From the NCBI GenBank assembly GCA_014728085.1, contig WJMF01000164.1:1418-65417 (forward strand): a stretch of 64,000 bases of DNA. The letters run 5' to 3'. The notes below the pieces were generated by a model. It was not told the origin of the DNA. It did not search any database and saw only the letters and a program-made list of their open reading frames with translations. The DNA comes from Candidatus Zhuqueibacterota bacterium (GTDB lineage: Bacteria; Zhuqueibacterota; Zhuqueibacteria; Residuimicrobiales; Oceaniaggregativiventaceae). Below, in pieces: positions 1-10,098 of the stretch (its first letter is position 1; every line of letters begins with the position of its first letter). A program made the translations under genes and the position numbers.

Positions 1-387
1 AGTTTTTTTAAAAATTGTTTTTTATCCATTTACAACGCCTTGATTTGGACGGTAAAGCAGATGTCTTTTATTTGATGGAAATCAAGCTTAATTATTTCGG
101 TTTCAGGGTTTGATATATCTGCCTGAAAACCGGATGCATTTTTTGTGGCGAGCGGCATGTCAAAGTCACATCCGATTCATAACGCAAGCGTTTAAAGATA
201 TTTATTCAGGTTTGAAAAGCGCTAAAAAATAGCTATTTTACCAATAAGGCACAAGAGATTTTATCGAAGGTTGAACGGAACCGGGTGTAACGCTCTGTTT
301 TTTTCAGGAGGCCCTAAAGCCAGGTTGCGGGAACCCCTTTTGTGCTCTACCGTTTAATGGTTCGGTGACTCGTACTAATTTTTTTTC

Positions 388-416
388 TTGAGAAAGTCAA
401 TATTTTATAATATATT
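388..416 (+). promoter_or_regulatory. sigma70-type promoter of the TPR/glycosylation operon
   Basis: TTGAGA-N17-TATATT, about 25 bp upstream of ATG 442. Confidence 0.55.
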
Positions 417-441
417 GCCCCGTCTTATGATTGAGAGGATT

Positions 442-2436
442 ATGAAGAAACTATTTACCATTTTTACCGGTGTCATTTTTTTATCTTTGGTTCTTGCCTG
501 TGGCTCCGGACAAAAGCTGCGACAGTCCGATTCCATTCCGCAGGGATCATATGACCGGGAAGCAATGGATCATATGATTGACGGTGCGATTGCGGAATTG
601 CTGGGACAACCACAAACTGCATTGCTGGAATATCACCAGGCAGCAGAGATCGATTCCTCTTCTCCGGGTATATATCTTGCTATGGCAGAGAATTATTATA
701 TGTTGGGAGAGTTTAAGAGTTCTATACGTCAAGTTAGCAAAGCCCTGCAAATCGATTCCGACAATCTCGCTGCTCTTGAGCTTTTAGCCATTACTTATGA
801 AAAGCTGGAAGCATATTCCAAAGCGTTAAATGTCCTGGAGCGATATGCTGAACTGCAGCCCGGGGATCTGGAAATATTATACAATTTGACTTCTCTCCAG
901 GTTATCAACAAGCAGTATGACAAGGCTTTTTTAACCTATAGAGATCTGGTTGAGCGTGGCCTCGAAGATGTTGAATATCGTTTGGGAATTGGTCATCTGT
1001 TTTTACAAGCGACTGCATTTGAGTATGCGGAAAAGATATATCTTGACATTTTAACCGATTTCCCCGCCCGGGAAGACCCTTATCTGGCATTGGCCGCGGT
1101 TTCCAAGGCCCAGGGGGATACCACCCGAGCTGAAGTGTGGTACCGAAAAGCAGCGCTTAAAAACCCTGATTTCAACGATGCCAAAATGGAATTGCTCAAT
1201 ATTTATGAAAAAAATGACCAGTATGACAAGGCGATTACATTTTATCAAGCCCTCCTTGAGAAAGATTCAACAAATCTGGACAACAAAATCGCTTTGGCCA
1301 AGCTCTATTATCAAAATGGTGATACGTTAAAGGCAGCTCGCTGTTTTAGGAAAGCTGTGCGGGATCATCCCAATAACGAGAGTGCTTATTTGTCTCTTGC
1401 GTCCCTGCAAAAGATCATGGGAGATACCCTTGCTGCGACGAAAACCTATGAGCGTGCTCTGGAAAAGAATACAACGTTTTTAACCATTAGAGCACGGCTG
1501 CGAGACATTTATGTTGATAAGCAGCGTATCGGTAGAGCCATTGAGCTGTATGAACCGCTCAAAAATGCGGATTCAACCTATGTCGGTGCAAATATCGAGA
1601 TTTCAAATTTATTCATGTATCGCGGTGATACCCTGCAAGCTATTGAGCAGATAGAGTCCCTTTTGCAAACAGACTCGGAGGATTGGCGCGTTCCCCTGAC
1701 TCTGGGGCGTTATTACTTTCTCGTCAATGAAAACAGCCGTGCAGCAGACCTTTTCAATCAGGTGCTTGAGCAGCGACAGGATATTCCGGCTTTATGGGTG
1801 TTGCGTGGTATCAATTATATGCGGATGGATAGTGTTAAACAGGCGTTGGATAACTTTTTACAGGCTGTTCAGCTTTTTCCGAAAAATGCAGAAATGAATT
1901 TTTACACCGGCTTTCTGCTCAATCGTGAACGAAATTATTCTCAGGCAATATACTATCTGCAGGAATCATTGGACAGAGAACCCGATAACATTCAGGCCAT
2001 GACCACTCTGGCAAGCGCCTACGATGAATTGAAAAATTTTAACCAGTCGGAAGAGTTGTACTTAAAATTGATAGAGCTGGCTCCGGAGAATCCACTGATT
2101 CTCAATAATTACGCCTATCATTTGGCTGTCCGGGGAATCCGGCTGGAGGAAGCCCTGAGAATGGGTTTGCGGGCCATTGAAGAGGATTCGGAAAACGCCG
2201 CTTATCTGGATACGGTTGGCTGGATCTATTTTCGTTTGCAGGATTACGAAAAGGCGGTTGAGTATATTCGCAAGTCCATAACCTTACAGGGTGATTCTGC
2301 AGAAGTATATGAGCACCTTGGTGATGCCTATAGTCAGCTCGATGAAAATGAAAAAGCCAGACAAGCCTATGAGAAAGCGCTGGAGCTCGATCCAGCGAAA
2401 AGCCAATTGAAAATCAAGTTGAATTTGGATAAATAG
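442..2436 (+). CDS. tetratricopeptide-repeat lipoprotein
   Basis: RBS GAGAGG before ATG 442 (ORF track starts at TTG 388); lipobox LVLAC; many TPR-like repeats; C-terminal LNNYAY...AYLDTVGW...EHLGD motif. Confidence 0.85.
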   Translation: MKKLFTIFTGVIFLSLVLACGSGQKLRQSDSIPQGSYDREAMDHMIDGAIAELLGQPQTALLEYHQAAEIDSSSPGIYLAMAENYYMLGEFKSSIRQVSKALQIDSDNLAALELLAITYEKLEAYSKALNVLERYAELQPGDLEILYNLTSLQVINKQYDKAFLTYRDLVERGLEDVEYRLGIGHLFLQATAFEYAEKIYLDILTDFPAREDPYLALAAVSKAQGDTTRAEVWYRKAALKNPDFNDAKMELLNIYEKNDQYDKAITFYQALLEKDSTNLDNKIALAKLYYQNGDTLKAARCFRKAVRDHPNNESAYLSLASLQKIMGDTLAATKTYERALEKNTTFLTIRARLRDIYVDKQRIGRAIELYEPLKNADSTYVGANIEISNLFMYRGDTLQAIEQIESLLQTDSEDWRVPLTLGRYYFLVNENSRAADLFNQVLEQRQDIPALWVLRGINYMRMDSVKQALDNFLQAVQLFPKNAEMNFYTGFLLNRERNYSQAIYYLQESLDREPDNIQAMTTLASAYDELKNFNQSEELYLKLIELAPENPLILNNYAYHLAVRGIRLEEALRMGLRAIEEDSENAAYLDTVGWIYFRLQDYEKAVEYIRKSITLQGDSAEVYEHLGDAYSQLDENEKARQAYEKALELDPAKSQLKIKLNLDK

Positions 2437-2448
2437 ATTATCACACCG

Positions 2449-3237
2449 TTGAAAATAAAAGTATATGTTTACCTTGTTTTCATTTGTATTGCCGGGTTTT
2501 TTGGCCATTGCGCCCATATGGCGCCCCGCCCGGCGCTTGGCATCAACGAAGAGCGACTCGAGGTTATCAAAGAAGCCTTGTTTCGTAATTTTTACCATAT
2601 CAAAACCTTTAAGGGGTATGGCACTTTAAATGTCCTTACACCGGTTGAATCATTCAAAGCCGATATAGAGGCATTGATTGTAAATCCCGACTCGGTTTAT
2701 GTAAAACTTGAAGCAACTCTGGGAATAGATGTTGGGATGTTATTCGCAAGCCGGGAAGGATATTTACTCTATTCTCCTCGCCAAAACACGTTTTACAGGG
2801 ATGACTCGGCGGTTTTGGACTTGCAATCCTTTATTGGAATGAAATTAACCTTTGGAAATTTACTCGAGACATTATTGGGGCTCGAGTTGCTGGATGGGTT
2901 GAATGAGGCAACCGTCAGTGCCGTGCCATCGGAAGCGGAGATCACGGTTTCCGGGATGGTGGGAAATTTTGAGGCCATCTATACGATCGATCCGGCCAAA
3001 GGTGTTGTGAAAAATACCAGGATTTATGATACGGATAACCGCTTGATTCTTGCCGCCAAATACAGTCGCTTTATTTATAGCAGAGGGAGCTATATGCCCA
3101 AAACCATTCAAATAATAAAGCCGATAACCAAAGAATCGATCACCTTGTTTTATACTTTTGTCAAATTAAACGAGTCGATAAAACATGAGCAATTTAGAAT
3201 AAAGATTCCGGATAATGCCATTCGGGAAGAGTTGTAA
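2449..3237 (+). CDS. DUF4292 / LolB-like outer-membrane lipoprotein
   Basis: N-terminal hydrophobic stretch with Cys; beta-rich; position after the TPR gene as in FCB genomes. Confidence 0.65.
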   Translation: MKIKVYVYLVFICIAGFFGHCAHMAPRPALGINEERLEVIKEALFRNFYHIKTFKGYGTLNVLTPVESFKADIEALIVNPDSVYVKLEATLGIDVGMLFASREGYLLYSPRQNTFYRDDSAVLDLQSFIGMKLTFGNLLETLLGLELLDGLNEATVSAVPSEAEITVSGMVGNFEAIYTIDPAKGVVKNTRIYDTDNRLILAAKYSRFIYSRGSYMPKTIQIIKPITKESITLFYTFVKLNESIKHEQFRIKIPDNAIREEL

Positions 3238-3238
3238 T

Positions 3239-4195
3239 ATGTTTAAAAAAGAAAAAGATCCATCTCTTGGCTGCAGTATCATTTTGCCGCTTTACAATGA
3301 AGAAGAATCCATATATGAACTGCACGAGCGTCTCCATAGCGTTTTACAGTCAACCGGACTGATCTATGAGATTATTTATATCGATGACGGCTCAACAGAC
3401 CGGTCTGCTGAAATGGTGGAAGCCCTGTATCAAAAACATGGCGATATAAAATTTATCCAGTTTCGGCGTAATTACGGCAAATCTGCTGCATTGTCGGCCG
3501 GATTTAAGGCGGCCAGGGGCCAATACGTTATTACGATGGACGCAGATTTGCAGGACGATCCGGCCGAGATTCCCGCACTGATCGCCAAACTCGAAGCGGG
3601 TTATGATCTCGTTTCAGGCTGGAAAAAGGTCCGCCGGGATCCGTTAAGCAAGCGTTTAGCTTCCCGGATTTATAATTTTTTTACTTCTGTGTTCAGTGGA
3701 ATACGATTGCATGATTTCAACTGCGGACTCAAAGCATACCGCCATCAGGTGATTAAATCGATAGATGTTTATGGTGAGATGCATCGATACCTGCCGGTGA
3801 TGGCCTTTAAAGATGGTTTCCGGGTTACTGAAATACCGGTTCGACATCATCCGCGTAAATATGGAAAGTCAAAATATGGAGCTGCCCGATTCTTGCGCGG
3901 TGCTTTTGATCTGATTACCATCACTTTTCTCACCCGTTATAAGAAACGACCTTTACACTTGTTTGGATTGATCGGCGCATTATCGGTTGTGCTTGGTTGT
4001 GCGGTCTTGATCGTATTGACCATTCAGAGAATTTTTTATCAAATATACCTGAGCAACAGGCCTATACTGTTCCTCGGCGTGCTGATGGTGATCGTTGGTA
4101 TTCAGTTTATATCTATCGGTTTACTGGGAGAGATGATTACAGCCCAGCGACAAGAGTCAGATCATTATTCAGTCAAACGAACATTGGGGATTTAA
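3239..4195 (+). CDS. glycosyltransferase family 2, polyprenol-phosphate sugar synthase (ArnC/GtrB/DPM-like)
   Basis: PLYNEE, IDDGSTD, RNYGKSAA, MDADLQDDP, HDFNCGLKAY; two C-terminal TM helices; ATG 3239 follows the upstream stop. Confidence 0.9.
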   Translation: MFKKEKDPSLGCSIILPLYNEEESIYELHERLHSVLQSTGLIYEIIYIDDGSTDRSAEMVEALYQKHGDIKFIQFRRNYGKSAALSAGFKAARGQYVITMDADLQDDPAEIPALIAKLEAGYDLVSGWKKVRRDPLSKRLASRIYNFFTSVFSGIRLHDFNCGLKAYRHQVIKSIDVYGEMHRYLPVMAFKDGFRVTEIPVRHHPRKYGKSKYGAARFLRGAFDLITITFLTRYKKRPLHLFGLIGALSVVLGCAVLIVLTIQRIFYQIYLSNRPILFLGVLMVIVGIQFISIGLLGEMITAQRQESDHYSVKRTLGI

Positions 4196-4262
4196 GAGGT
4201 GCCGACAGAAGCTGGCCGGTTTGTTCCATTCGACTTTCCCGGATCATAAAAGAGAATTTTTT

Positions 4263-5588
4263 GTGAAAAAGGCATTGATGGTTACATATTATTTTCCGCC
4301 GTCCGGTGGATCCGGCGTTCAGCGCACGCTTAAATTTGTCAGGTACTTGCCGGACTTTGGTATTCAGCCGGTGGTTCTAAGCGCCAGAAATGCAAATTAC
4401 CCGATTTTGGATCAAACACTCGTGGATCAAATTCCTCCTCACGTTAACGTCTATCGTTCTTTACTTTTTGAGCCTTATTCTCTTTACCGCCTGTTAACAG
4501 CTCGGCAAACTGAAGAATCCACGGATATTGCCACACTCAGTTTTACCGAAACCGACCGGGCCTCTTTGGCAGAACGGTTATCGGAATGGGTTCGTTCTGT
4601 TTTCTTTATCCCGGACGCGCGAATCGGCTGGTTGCCTTTTGCTGTACTCAAGGGGATAAGGGTTATTCAACGGGAGAGACCCGATATTATTTATTCCAGC
4701 GCTCCGCCTTATACCACTCACCTGATCGCCCTGGTGTTATCAAAATATTTTCGTCTGCCATGGGTAGCGGATTTTCGCGATTCCTGGATCGGTTGGCTTT
4801 CCACGCCTCAATGGCGACCCCCTCTTTCTCGTGCACTGGAAATGAAAATGGAACGCGCAGTTTTGCGCCATGCGCAGCGAATTATTACCGTTTCCCGCGG
4901 GGTTCGGGCGGATTTATACAGCAGGCATTCTCACTTGCCACCGGACAAATGGATTCTTTTACCCAATGGCTATGATCCTTCCGATTATGGTCGGGCCAGA
5001 CCTCGCGATCCCCGGCTGGTAATAACCTATCTGGGCTCCATGTATGGTCGGCGAAACCCCGAAACTCTGATCGAGGCACTGGAGCTTCTTTATCGTAATG
5101 ATAAAACATTGTCCGAGCGGATTCTCATTCGTTTGGTCGGGCGTATCGGCAAACCCATTCTCGATCGCATTAAAACCTCTTTGGTGTCCGGGCTTTTCCA
5201 GATCATCTCCTATGTTGATCATGCTGAAAGTCTTGCCTATTTAATGGCAACCGATCTTTGTCTTCTGATCATCGATGATGCACCCGGGAATGAAGGCATT
5301 CTGACCGGCAAGCTTTTTGAATATATTGGATCCGGACAGCCTATTCTGGCATTAGCGCCAAAAGGTGAAGCTTTTGATTTAATCAAGGGACAAAACCTCG
5401 GCGTTTGTGTAACGCCCAACGATGTCGATAGTATGGCCGATACTCTTAAGAGGTTTTTGCACTTACATTCAACCCATGGCCGGATTCCCAAAGTCGACTC
5501 TGCTGTAAAAGAGCGGTTTGACCGGCGTTATCAGAGCGGTATTTTGGCCGGTCATCTGAAACGATGTATTCGTAAAGGAGATATATGA
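4263..5588 (+). CDS. glycosyltransferase family 4
   Basis: YYFPPSGGSGVQR, PDARIGW, WVADFRD, GKLFEY; likely GTG start 4263. Confidence 0.88.
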   Translation: MKKALMVTYYFPPSGGSGVQRTLKFVRYLPDFGIQPVVLSARNANYPILDQTLVDQIPPHVNVYRSLLFEPYSLYRLLTARQTEESTDIATLSFTETDRASLAERLSEWVRSVFFIPDARIGWLPFAVLKGIRVIQRERPDIIYSSAPPYTTHLIALVLSKYFRLPWVADFRDSWIGWLSTPQWRPPLSRALEMKMERAVLRHAQRIITVSRGVRADLYSRHSHLPPDKWILLPNGYDPSDYGRARPRDPRLVITYLGSMYGRRNPETLIEALELLYRNDKTLSERILIRLVGRIGKPILDRIKTSLVSGLFQIISYVDHAESLAYLMATDLCLLIIDDAPGNEGILTGKLFEYIGSGQPILALAPKGEAFDLIKGQNLGVCVTPNDVDSMADTLKRFLHLHSTHGRIPKVDSAVKERFDRRYQSGILAGHLKRCIRKGDI

Positions 5589-6784
5589 TCTCTAAAACGG
5601 TTGCGATGCTTCTGGAAAAGGAATTTCCCACTGATTTGAGAGTGATGAATGAAGCGACGGCACTGCGCAACGCCGGAATACGGGTTGTGATTTTTTGCCT
5701 AAACTTTGGAAGCTTGAAACCGATTGAAGAGATCGAGGATGGGATTTTTGCAATTCGTAACGCCATTCCGCAACACGTGTTCAACAAGATTCATTCTACA
5801 GTCGAATTTTTCCCCTTTTACAACCGTTGGTGGAAGCGTTTTATCCGTTCATGGAATGTCTCTTTTGATGCTATTCATGTACATGATTTACCCCTTGCCC
5901 GTGTCGGATGGCAGCTTGCCGAAAAAGCCGGTGTCAAGTGGGTTTTAGATCTGCATGAAAATTATCCCGCAGCCCTGAAAATCTGGAGCTTTAGCCGAAC
6001 ATGGCCGGGCCGCTGGATTTATCGCCAAAAAGGCTGGAGACGCTATGAGCGAACAGCAGTTAAACATGCCGACCGGGCGATTGTGGTGACTGAAGAAGCT
6101 ATGGATCGATTTATTGAATCCGGATTCGAACCAGAGCATTTTGTTGTGGTTTCCAATACACCCGACCTGGAAACCATGCGATCGATATCCTTTGAAGAGA
6201 AAGCAGGATCGCGATTTCGTCAACACCTGAATATGGTTTTTACCGGTGGTTTGGGATTGCATCGCGGCCTGGAAGTGGTCATTAAGCGATTGCCTGATTT
6301 GCACGGGCAAATCCCCAATCTTAAATTATGGTTGGTTGGCGACGGCAAAGAGCGGCCAAGCCTGGAATCTCTTGCAAGGCATTGTAAGGTTGAGGACTCT
6401 ATCGAGTTTACCGGTTGGCTTTGTTTTTCAGAAGCGATGAAAATTGTTGCCAACAGTGATATTGCTTTGCTCCCGCATTTGCGGACCGAACATACCGAAA
6501 CAACCATACCGCATAAATTGTTTCAATACATGTATTTAAAAAAGCCTGTTGTTGCCTCGGATTGTACACCCATACGGCGCATATTGGATGAAACCGGGTC
6601 TGGTTTGTTATTTTCAACACAGGACCCGAAAACGCTGGACAGTTGCGTTTTACGGTTGAGAGAAAAGCCTTTGCGGGATGAGTTGGGGATGAATGGACAC
6701 AAGGCGGTGAAAACGACCTGGAACTGGCAAAACAGCAGTAAAAATTTGGTAAAGATATATCATGAATTCTTTAAAGAAAAATAA
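5585..6784 (+). CDS. glycosyltransferase family 4
   Basis: DLRVxxEA, HVHDL, LDLHE, PHKLFQYM, PVVASD; ATGA-type overlap with the upstream gene. Confidence 0.88.
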   Translation: MISKTVAMLLEKEFPTDLRVMNEATALRNAGIRVVIFCLNFGSLKPIEEIEDGIFAIRNAIPQHVFNKIHSTVEFFPFYNRWWKRFIRSWNVSFDAIHVHDLPLARVGWQLAEKAGVKWVLDLHENYPAALKIWSFSRTWPGRWIYRQKGWRRYERTAVKHADRAIVVTEEAMDRFIESGFEPEHFVVVSNTPDLETMRSISFEEKAGSRFRQHLNMVFTGGLGLHRGLEVVIKRLPDLHGQIPNLKLWLVGDGKERPSLESLARHCKVEDSIEFTGWLCFSEAMKIVANSDIALLPHLRTEHTETTIPHKLFQYMYLKKPVVASDCTPIRRILDETGSGLLFSTQDPKTLDSCVLRLREKPLRDELGMNGHKAVKTTWNWQNSSKNLVKIYHEFFKEK

Positions 6785-7496
6785 AAACAGCAGCCGGCAA
6801 TATTATGAGGCGGTAGCTCACCGTACCAATATCTGGACATGCGCTCCCGGCTCACCGACCTATTATCAGGAAATGGTGCGGTATGAAAGAATTATTGCCG
6901 AGCTTCCCGAGAGCGGCCTTGCTGTTGACCTGGGCTGCGGAAACGGGTATTTATCCTATCTCATGTCAAAGCGAGGATTGACCGTAATTTCCGTAGATCT
7001 GTCGATCAGCAGATTACAAAATTTACGCACCGCCATTGCCACAGAAGCACCGGACCAGGTGCAGAGTGATATTCATCAGACCGGTTTGCAATCCGCTTTC
7101 GCAGATGTGATCGTCTGTTCGGAAGTTATCGAACACATTCAAAAATACCAACAGGTCCTTCAGGAGGCGGAACGAATTTTAAAACACGACGGGATATTCA
7201 TTGTTACGGTTCCTTACAAGGAAAGATTAAAAAAAATTATCTGTCCGCACTGTCATAAATATTTTTATGCAGACGGACATTTGCACAGGTTTGATCGAAA
7301 CAACCTGGCAACAGATCTGGAGAGGTCTGGTTTGACCATACTCAAACAAAAGCGTTTCCGGCACCGGCTTTTGGTGCACCTTCAGTACCATCTGAAACTG
7401 AGATACGGATTCGTTTTGCGTTTTTTAGATCAGCTCTTCTCTGCCATTCACCCCGAGTATACCTGGTATCTTTTGGTCAAGAGCAAAAAAAAGTGA
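6762..7496 (+). CDS. class I SAM-dependent methyltransferase
   Basis: VDLGCGNG motif I, CSEVIEH, IVTVP; CPHC insert. Confidence 0.85.
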   Translation: MNSLKKNKNSSRQYYEAVAHRTNIWTCAPGSPTYYQEMVRYERIIAELPESGLAVDLGCGNGYLSYLMSKRGLTVISVDLSISRLQNLRTAIATEAPDQVQSDIHQTGLQSAFADVIVCSEVIEHIQKYQQVLQEAERILKHDGIFIVTVPYKERLKKIICPHCHKYFYADGHLHRFDRNNLATDLERSGLTILKQKRFRHRLLVHLQYHLKLRYGFVLRFLDQLFSAIHPEYTWYLLVKSKKK

Positions 7497-7563
7497 ACGG
7501 TTTGTTGTATGTAACGACTTGCTTTTTTCATCAAATTCTTATAAGTTTGAGAGTTGTGTAAAA

Positions 7564-10095
7564 ATGAGTGAGGTTATTGTGACAGCAAAAAAACGGGTTA
7601 AAAAGGAAAAACCGCAAGAATCGTCGACTTTTACGCCAGACCAAAAGCCGGCGTTGTTTATGATCATTATCCTGGCGATTTTATTAATCGTGCTTTATCA
7701 CCAGGTTATACTCGGGGGTATGGTGTTTCAGCCCCCGGACCGGATGACAACTCTGGCACTGCAGCCGTTTGTTCAGCAGGCTCTTAGTCAGGGTATTTAT
7801 CCTTTGTGGTGTCCCTATGTTTTCAGCGGCATGCCTTCATTTGCCAGCATGCTCACGGTTCCCATGATAAATATTGTTGACTGGTCGATGCGTACGGTTC
7901 TGCAATTCATTTTGCCACGGACGCCGGATCCCAACTTTATTTTTATTTATCTTAATTTTCTTTTACTTGCGGCTACTTTGTATTTGCTCCTGCGTCAGCA
8001 AAAAATCTCACCATTGGCGGCTTCTTTTTCCGCCATCGCAGTGACTTTATTACCACAGTTTGTTGCGTTTGTCTCATTTAGTCATAATACCAAATTTTTG
8101 TCCGTGGTTTTGATACCGTTGATTTTTTATCTCACCAAAAAAATGTTTGAAGAACGCTCTCTGTTGTATTTTTGTCTGACGGCGCTGGCCATCGGCTTTC
8201 AGCTCTTTCGGGCTCATGTTCAGGTGACGTATTATACCTTTCTAATGTTAGGGATATATTTACTGTTTACAGCTGTTACGCGGTGGCGCGAAAATCGCTC
8301 CTTAAAGCCCTTTTTAATTAATGCCGGCCTGTTGATCGGAGCTATCGCTGCCGGGCTATTGCTATCATCCGTAATTTATTTGTCTGTATATGAATATCAA
8401 CACTATTCGATCCGGGGATCCAGTGAAAATAGCGGCCTCGATTATGATTATGCCTCCAGCTGGTCTTTTCATCCGCTTGAAATGGTAACCTTTATCATTC
8501 CTTCTTTTATGGGATTTGGCGGCCAGACATATTGGGGAAAAATGCCATTTACCGATTATCCCCTCTATTTTGGTATCGGGGTATTGTTTTTGGCAGGACT
8601 TGCACTCGTTTTACGCCGGGATCGAAAGACATGGTTTTTTACAATCTTGGCCATTTTTGCTTTGGTGGTCTCTTTTGGAAAACATTTACCGGTTCTTTAT
8701 ACGCCGATGTTCAAGCTATTGCCTTTTTTCAATAAATTTCGGATTCCCAGTATGATTCATATACTGTTGAATTTTTCAATGGTTATCCTGGCGGCATATG
8801 GATTGCAGGCACTTTTCGATTATCGGAAGCAATTGGCGAAAATGAAAAAGCCGGTAATAACACAGTCTCTGCGGCGTTATTTATTTATTTTCCTGGCGGT
8901 GGTGGGGATATTTTTGTTGTTTATGTTGTTTGCCAAATCGCTTTTTATCGAATTGATTGCCGAAAGCAGAGCGCGTATGCAGCCGGCGCAACGGGAACTC
9001 GCTTATAACAATGCTTTTCTGGACAGTTTTAAAGCTCTCATTTTTATCGCCATTTCTGTTTTTATCATCTTTCAATTTCTCAGGTTTAAACTTTCCAGAT
9101 CGTTTCTCGGGGTGACCCTGATCGTCTTGATGGTAATCGATTTTTGGATTATCGATTTTAAAATTATCAATCCTCGTCCGCCTGCGAGCGAGACGGCTCA
9201 TTTTTCCGGTAATGCTGCTGTCAATTACATAAAAAAGGATAAATCGCATTATCGAATTTTTCCGGTTCTGGACAACAAAGGCGGTAACTGGTACGCCTAT
9301 CACCTTATCGAAAGCATCAATGGCTATTCTGCAGCAAAGTTGCGAATTTATCAGGATTTCCTCGAAGAAACCGGCTTTGCATCACAGGATCAATATGGGT
9401 TGAATCCCTTTATCGCCAATTTCTGGAATTTGTCGGTTCAGGAAGGAAAGTTAACGCCACAAAGGAAACCGCCACAGGCCCGCAATCAGAACCAGATCGA
9501 TTTTCACAACACGGTTCTCGATATGCTCAATGTAAAATACCTGGTGATAAATTATCTGCCCATTCCCGATCCCGGATATCAGAGGGTTCAGCATCAGCAA
9601 CCCTGGGTTTTTGAAAACGTTGACGTATTGCCGCGTGCTTTTTTCGCCGATACCGTGCAGGTGATGGAAGGGCGGGAGACGATATTTTCCTATATGAAAA
9701 GTGGAAAATTCGATCCCCGTCAAACCGCAATTGTGGAGAAAAATCCTCCTTTTGATATACTACCATCCGATCGCAACCGGGTTCGTTTGCAAGATTTTGG
9801 GCTGCATCATATTCGTTTAAATGCGGAGGTATTCAGTCCGACGGTTATGGTGCTGAGCGAGATTTACTATCCGGCAGGATGGCGGGCCTTTGTTGATGGT
9901 GTCGAAACCCCAATATATAAAACCAACTATATTTTACGTTCAGTTTTTCTCGAACCTGGTAATCACACGATCGAATTTATATTCAAGCCAAAACGTTTTT
10001 TTCTGGGAATATGGATCAGTATTGGTACGCTTTTGTTGTTGTTAATACCTGTCGGTCTTTGGTTGTATAGGACCAAATATAAAAAACGGGCGTGA
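7564..10095 (+). CDS. YfhO-family multi-pass membrane glycosyltransferase (GT-C)
   Basis: PLWCPYVFSGMP, about 12 TM helices, GYSAAKL, LDMLNVKY, LSEIYYPAGWRAFVDG; start 7564 or GTG 7579. Confidence 0.82.
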   Translation: MSEVIVTAKKRVKKEKPQESSTFTPDQKPALFMIIILAILLIVLYHQVILGGMVFQPPDRMTTLALQPFVQQALSQGIYPLWCPYVFSGMPSFASMLTVPMINIVDWSMRTVLQFILPRTPDPNFIFIYLNFLLLAATLYLLLRQQKISPLAASFSAIAVTLLPQFVAFVSFSHNTKFLSVVLIPLIFYLTKKMFEERSLLYFCLTALAIGFQLFRAHVQVTYYTFLMLGIYLLFTAVTRWRENRSLKPFLINAGLLIGAIAAGLLLSSVIYLSVYEYQHYSIRGSSENSGLDYDYASSWSFHPLEMVTFIIPSFMGFGGQTYWGKMPFTDYPLYFGIGVLFLAGLALVLRRDRKTWFFTILAIFALVVSFGKHLPVLYTPMFKLLPFFNKFRIPSMIHILLNFSMVILAAYGLQALFDYRKQLAKMKKPVITQSLRRYLFIFLAVVGIFLLFMLFAKSLFIELIAESRARMQPAQRELAYNNAFLDSFKALIFIAISVFIIFQFLRFKLSRSFLGVTLIVLMVIDFWIIDFKIINPRPPASETAHFSGNAAVNYIKKDKSHYRIFPVLDNKGGNWYAYHLIESINGYSAAKLRIYQDFLEETGFASQDQYGLNPFIANFWNLSVQEGKLTPQRKPPQARNQNQIDFHNTVLDMLNVKYLVINYLPIPDPGYQRVQHQQPWVFENVDVLPRAFFADTVQVMEGRETIFSYMKSGKFDPRQTAIVEKNPPFDILPSDRNRVRLQDFGLHHIRLNAEVFSPTVMVLSEIYYPAGWRAFVDGVETPIYKTNYILRSVFLEPGNHTIEFIFKPKRFFLGIWISIGTLLLLLIPVGLWLYRTKYKKRA

Positions 10096-10098
10096 AAA

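Noticed and set aside
1-29. Possible start of a minus-strand gene (MDKKQFLKK...) running off the window
   Set aside because: Only 9 codons are visible, which is too little to support a call
248-346. SAM, c-di-GMP, glmS, 6S or SRP RNA identity for the structured region
   Set aside because: Only short fragments resemble these families; the core conserved motifs are absent
388-441. Extended N-termini from the ORF track (also 7519, 15147, 29229, 31039, 62258)
   Set aside because: They overlap promoters or upstream genes; downstream starts have an RBS or translational coupling
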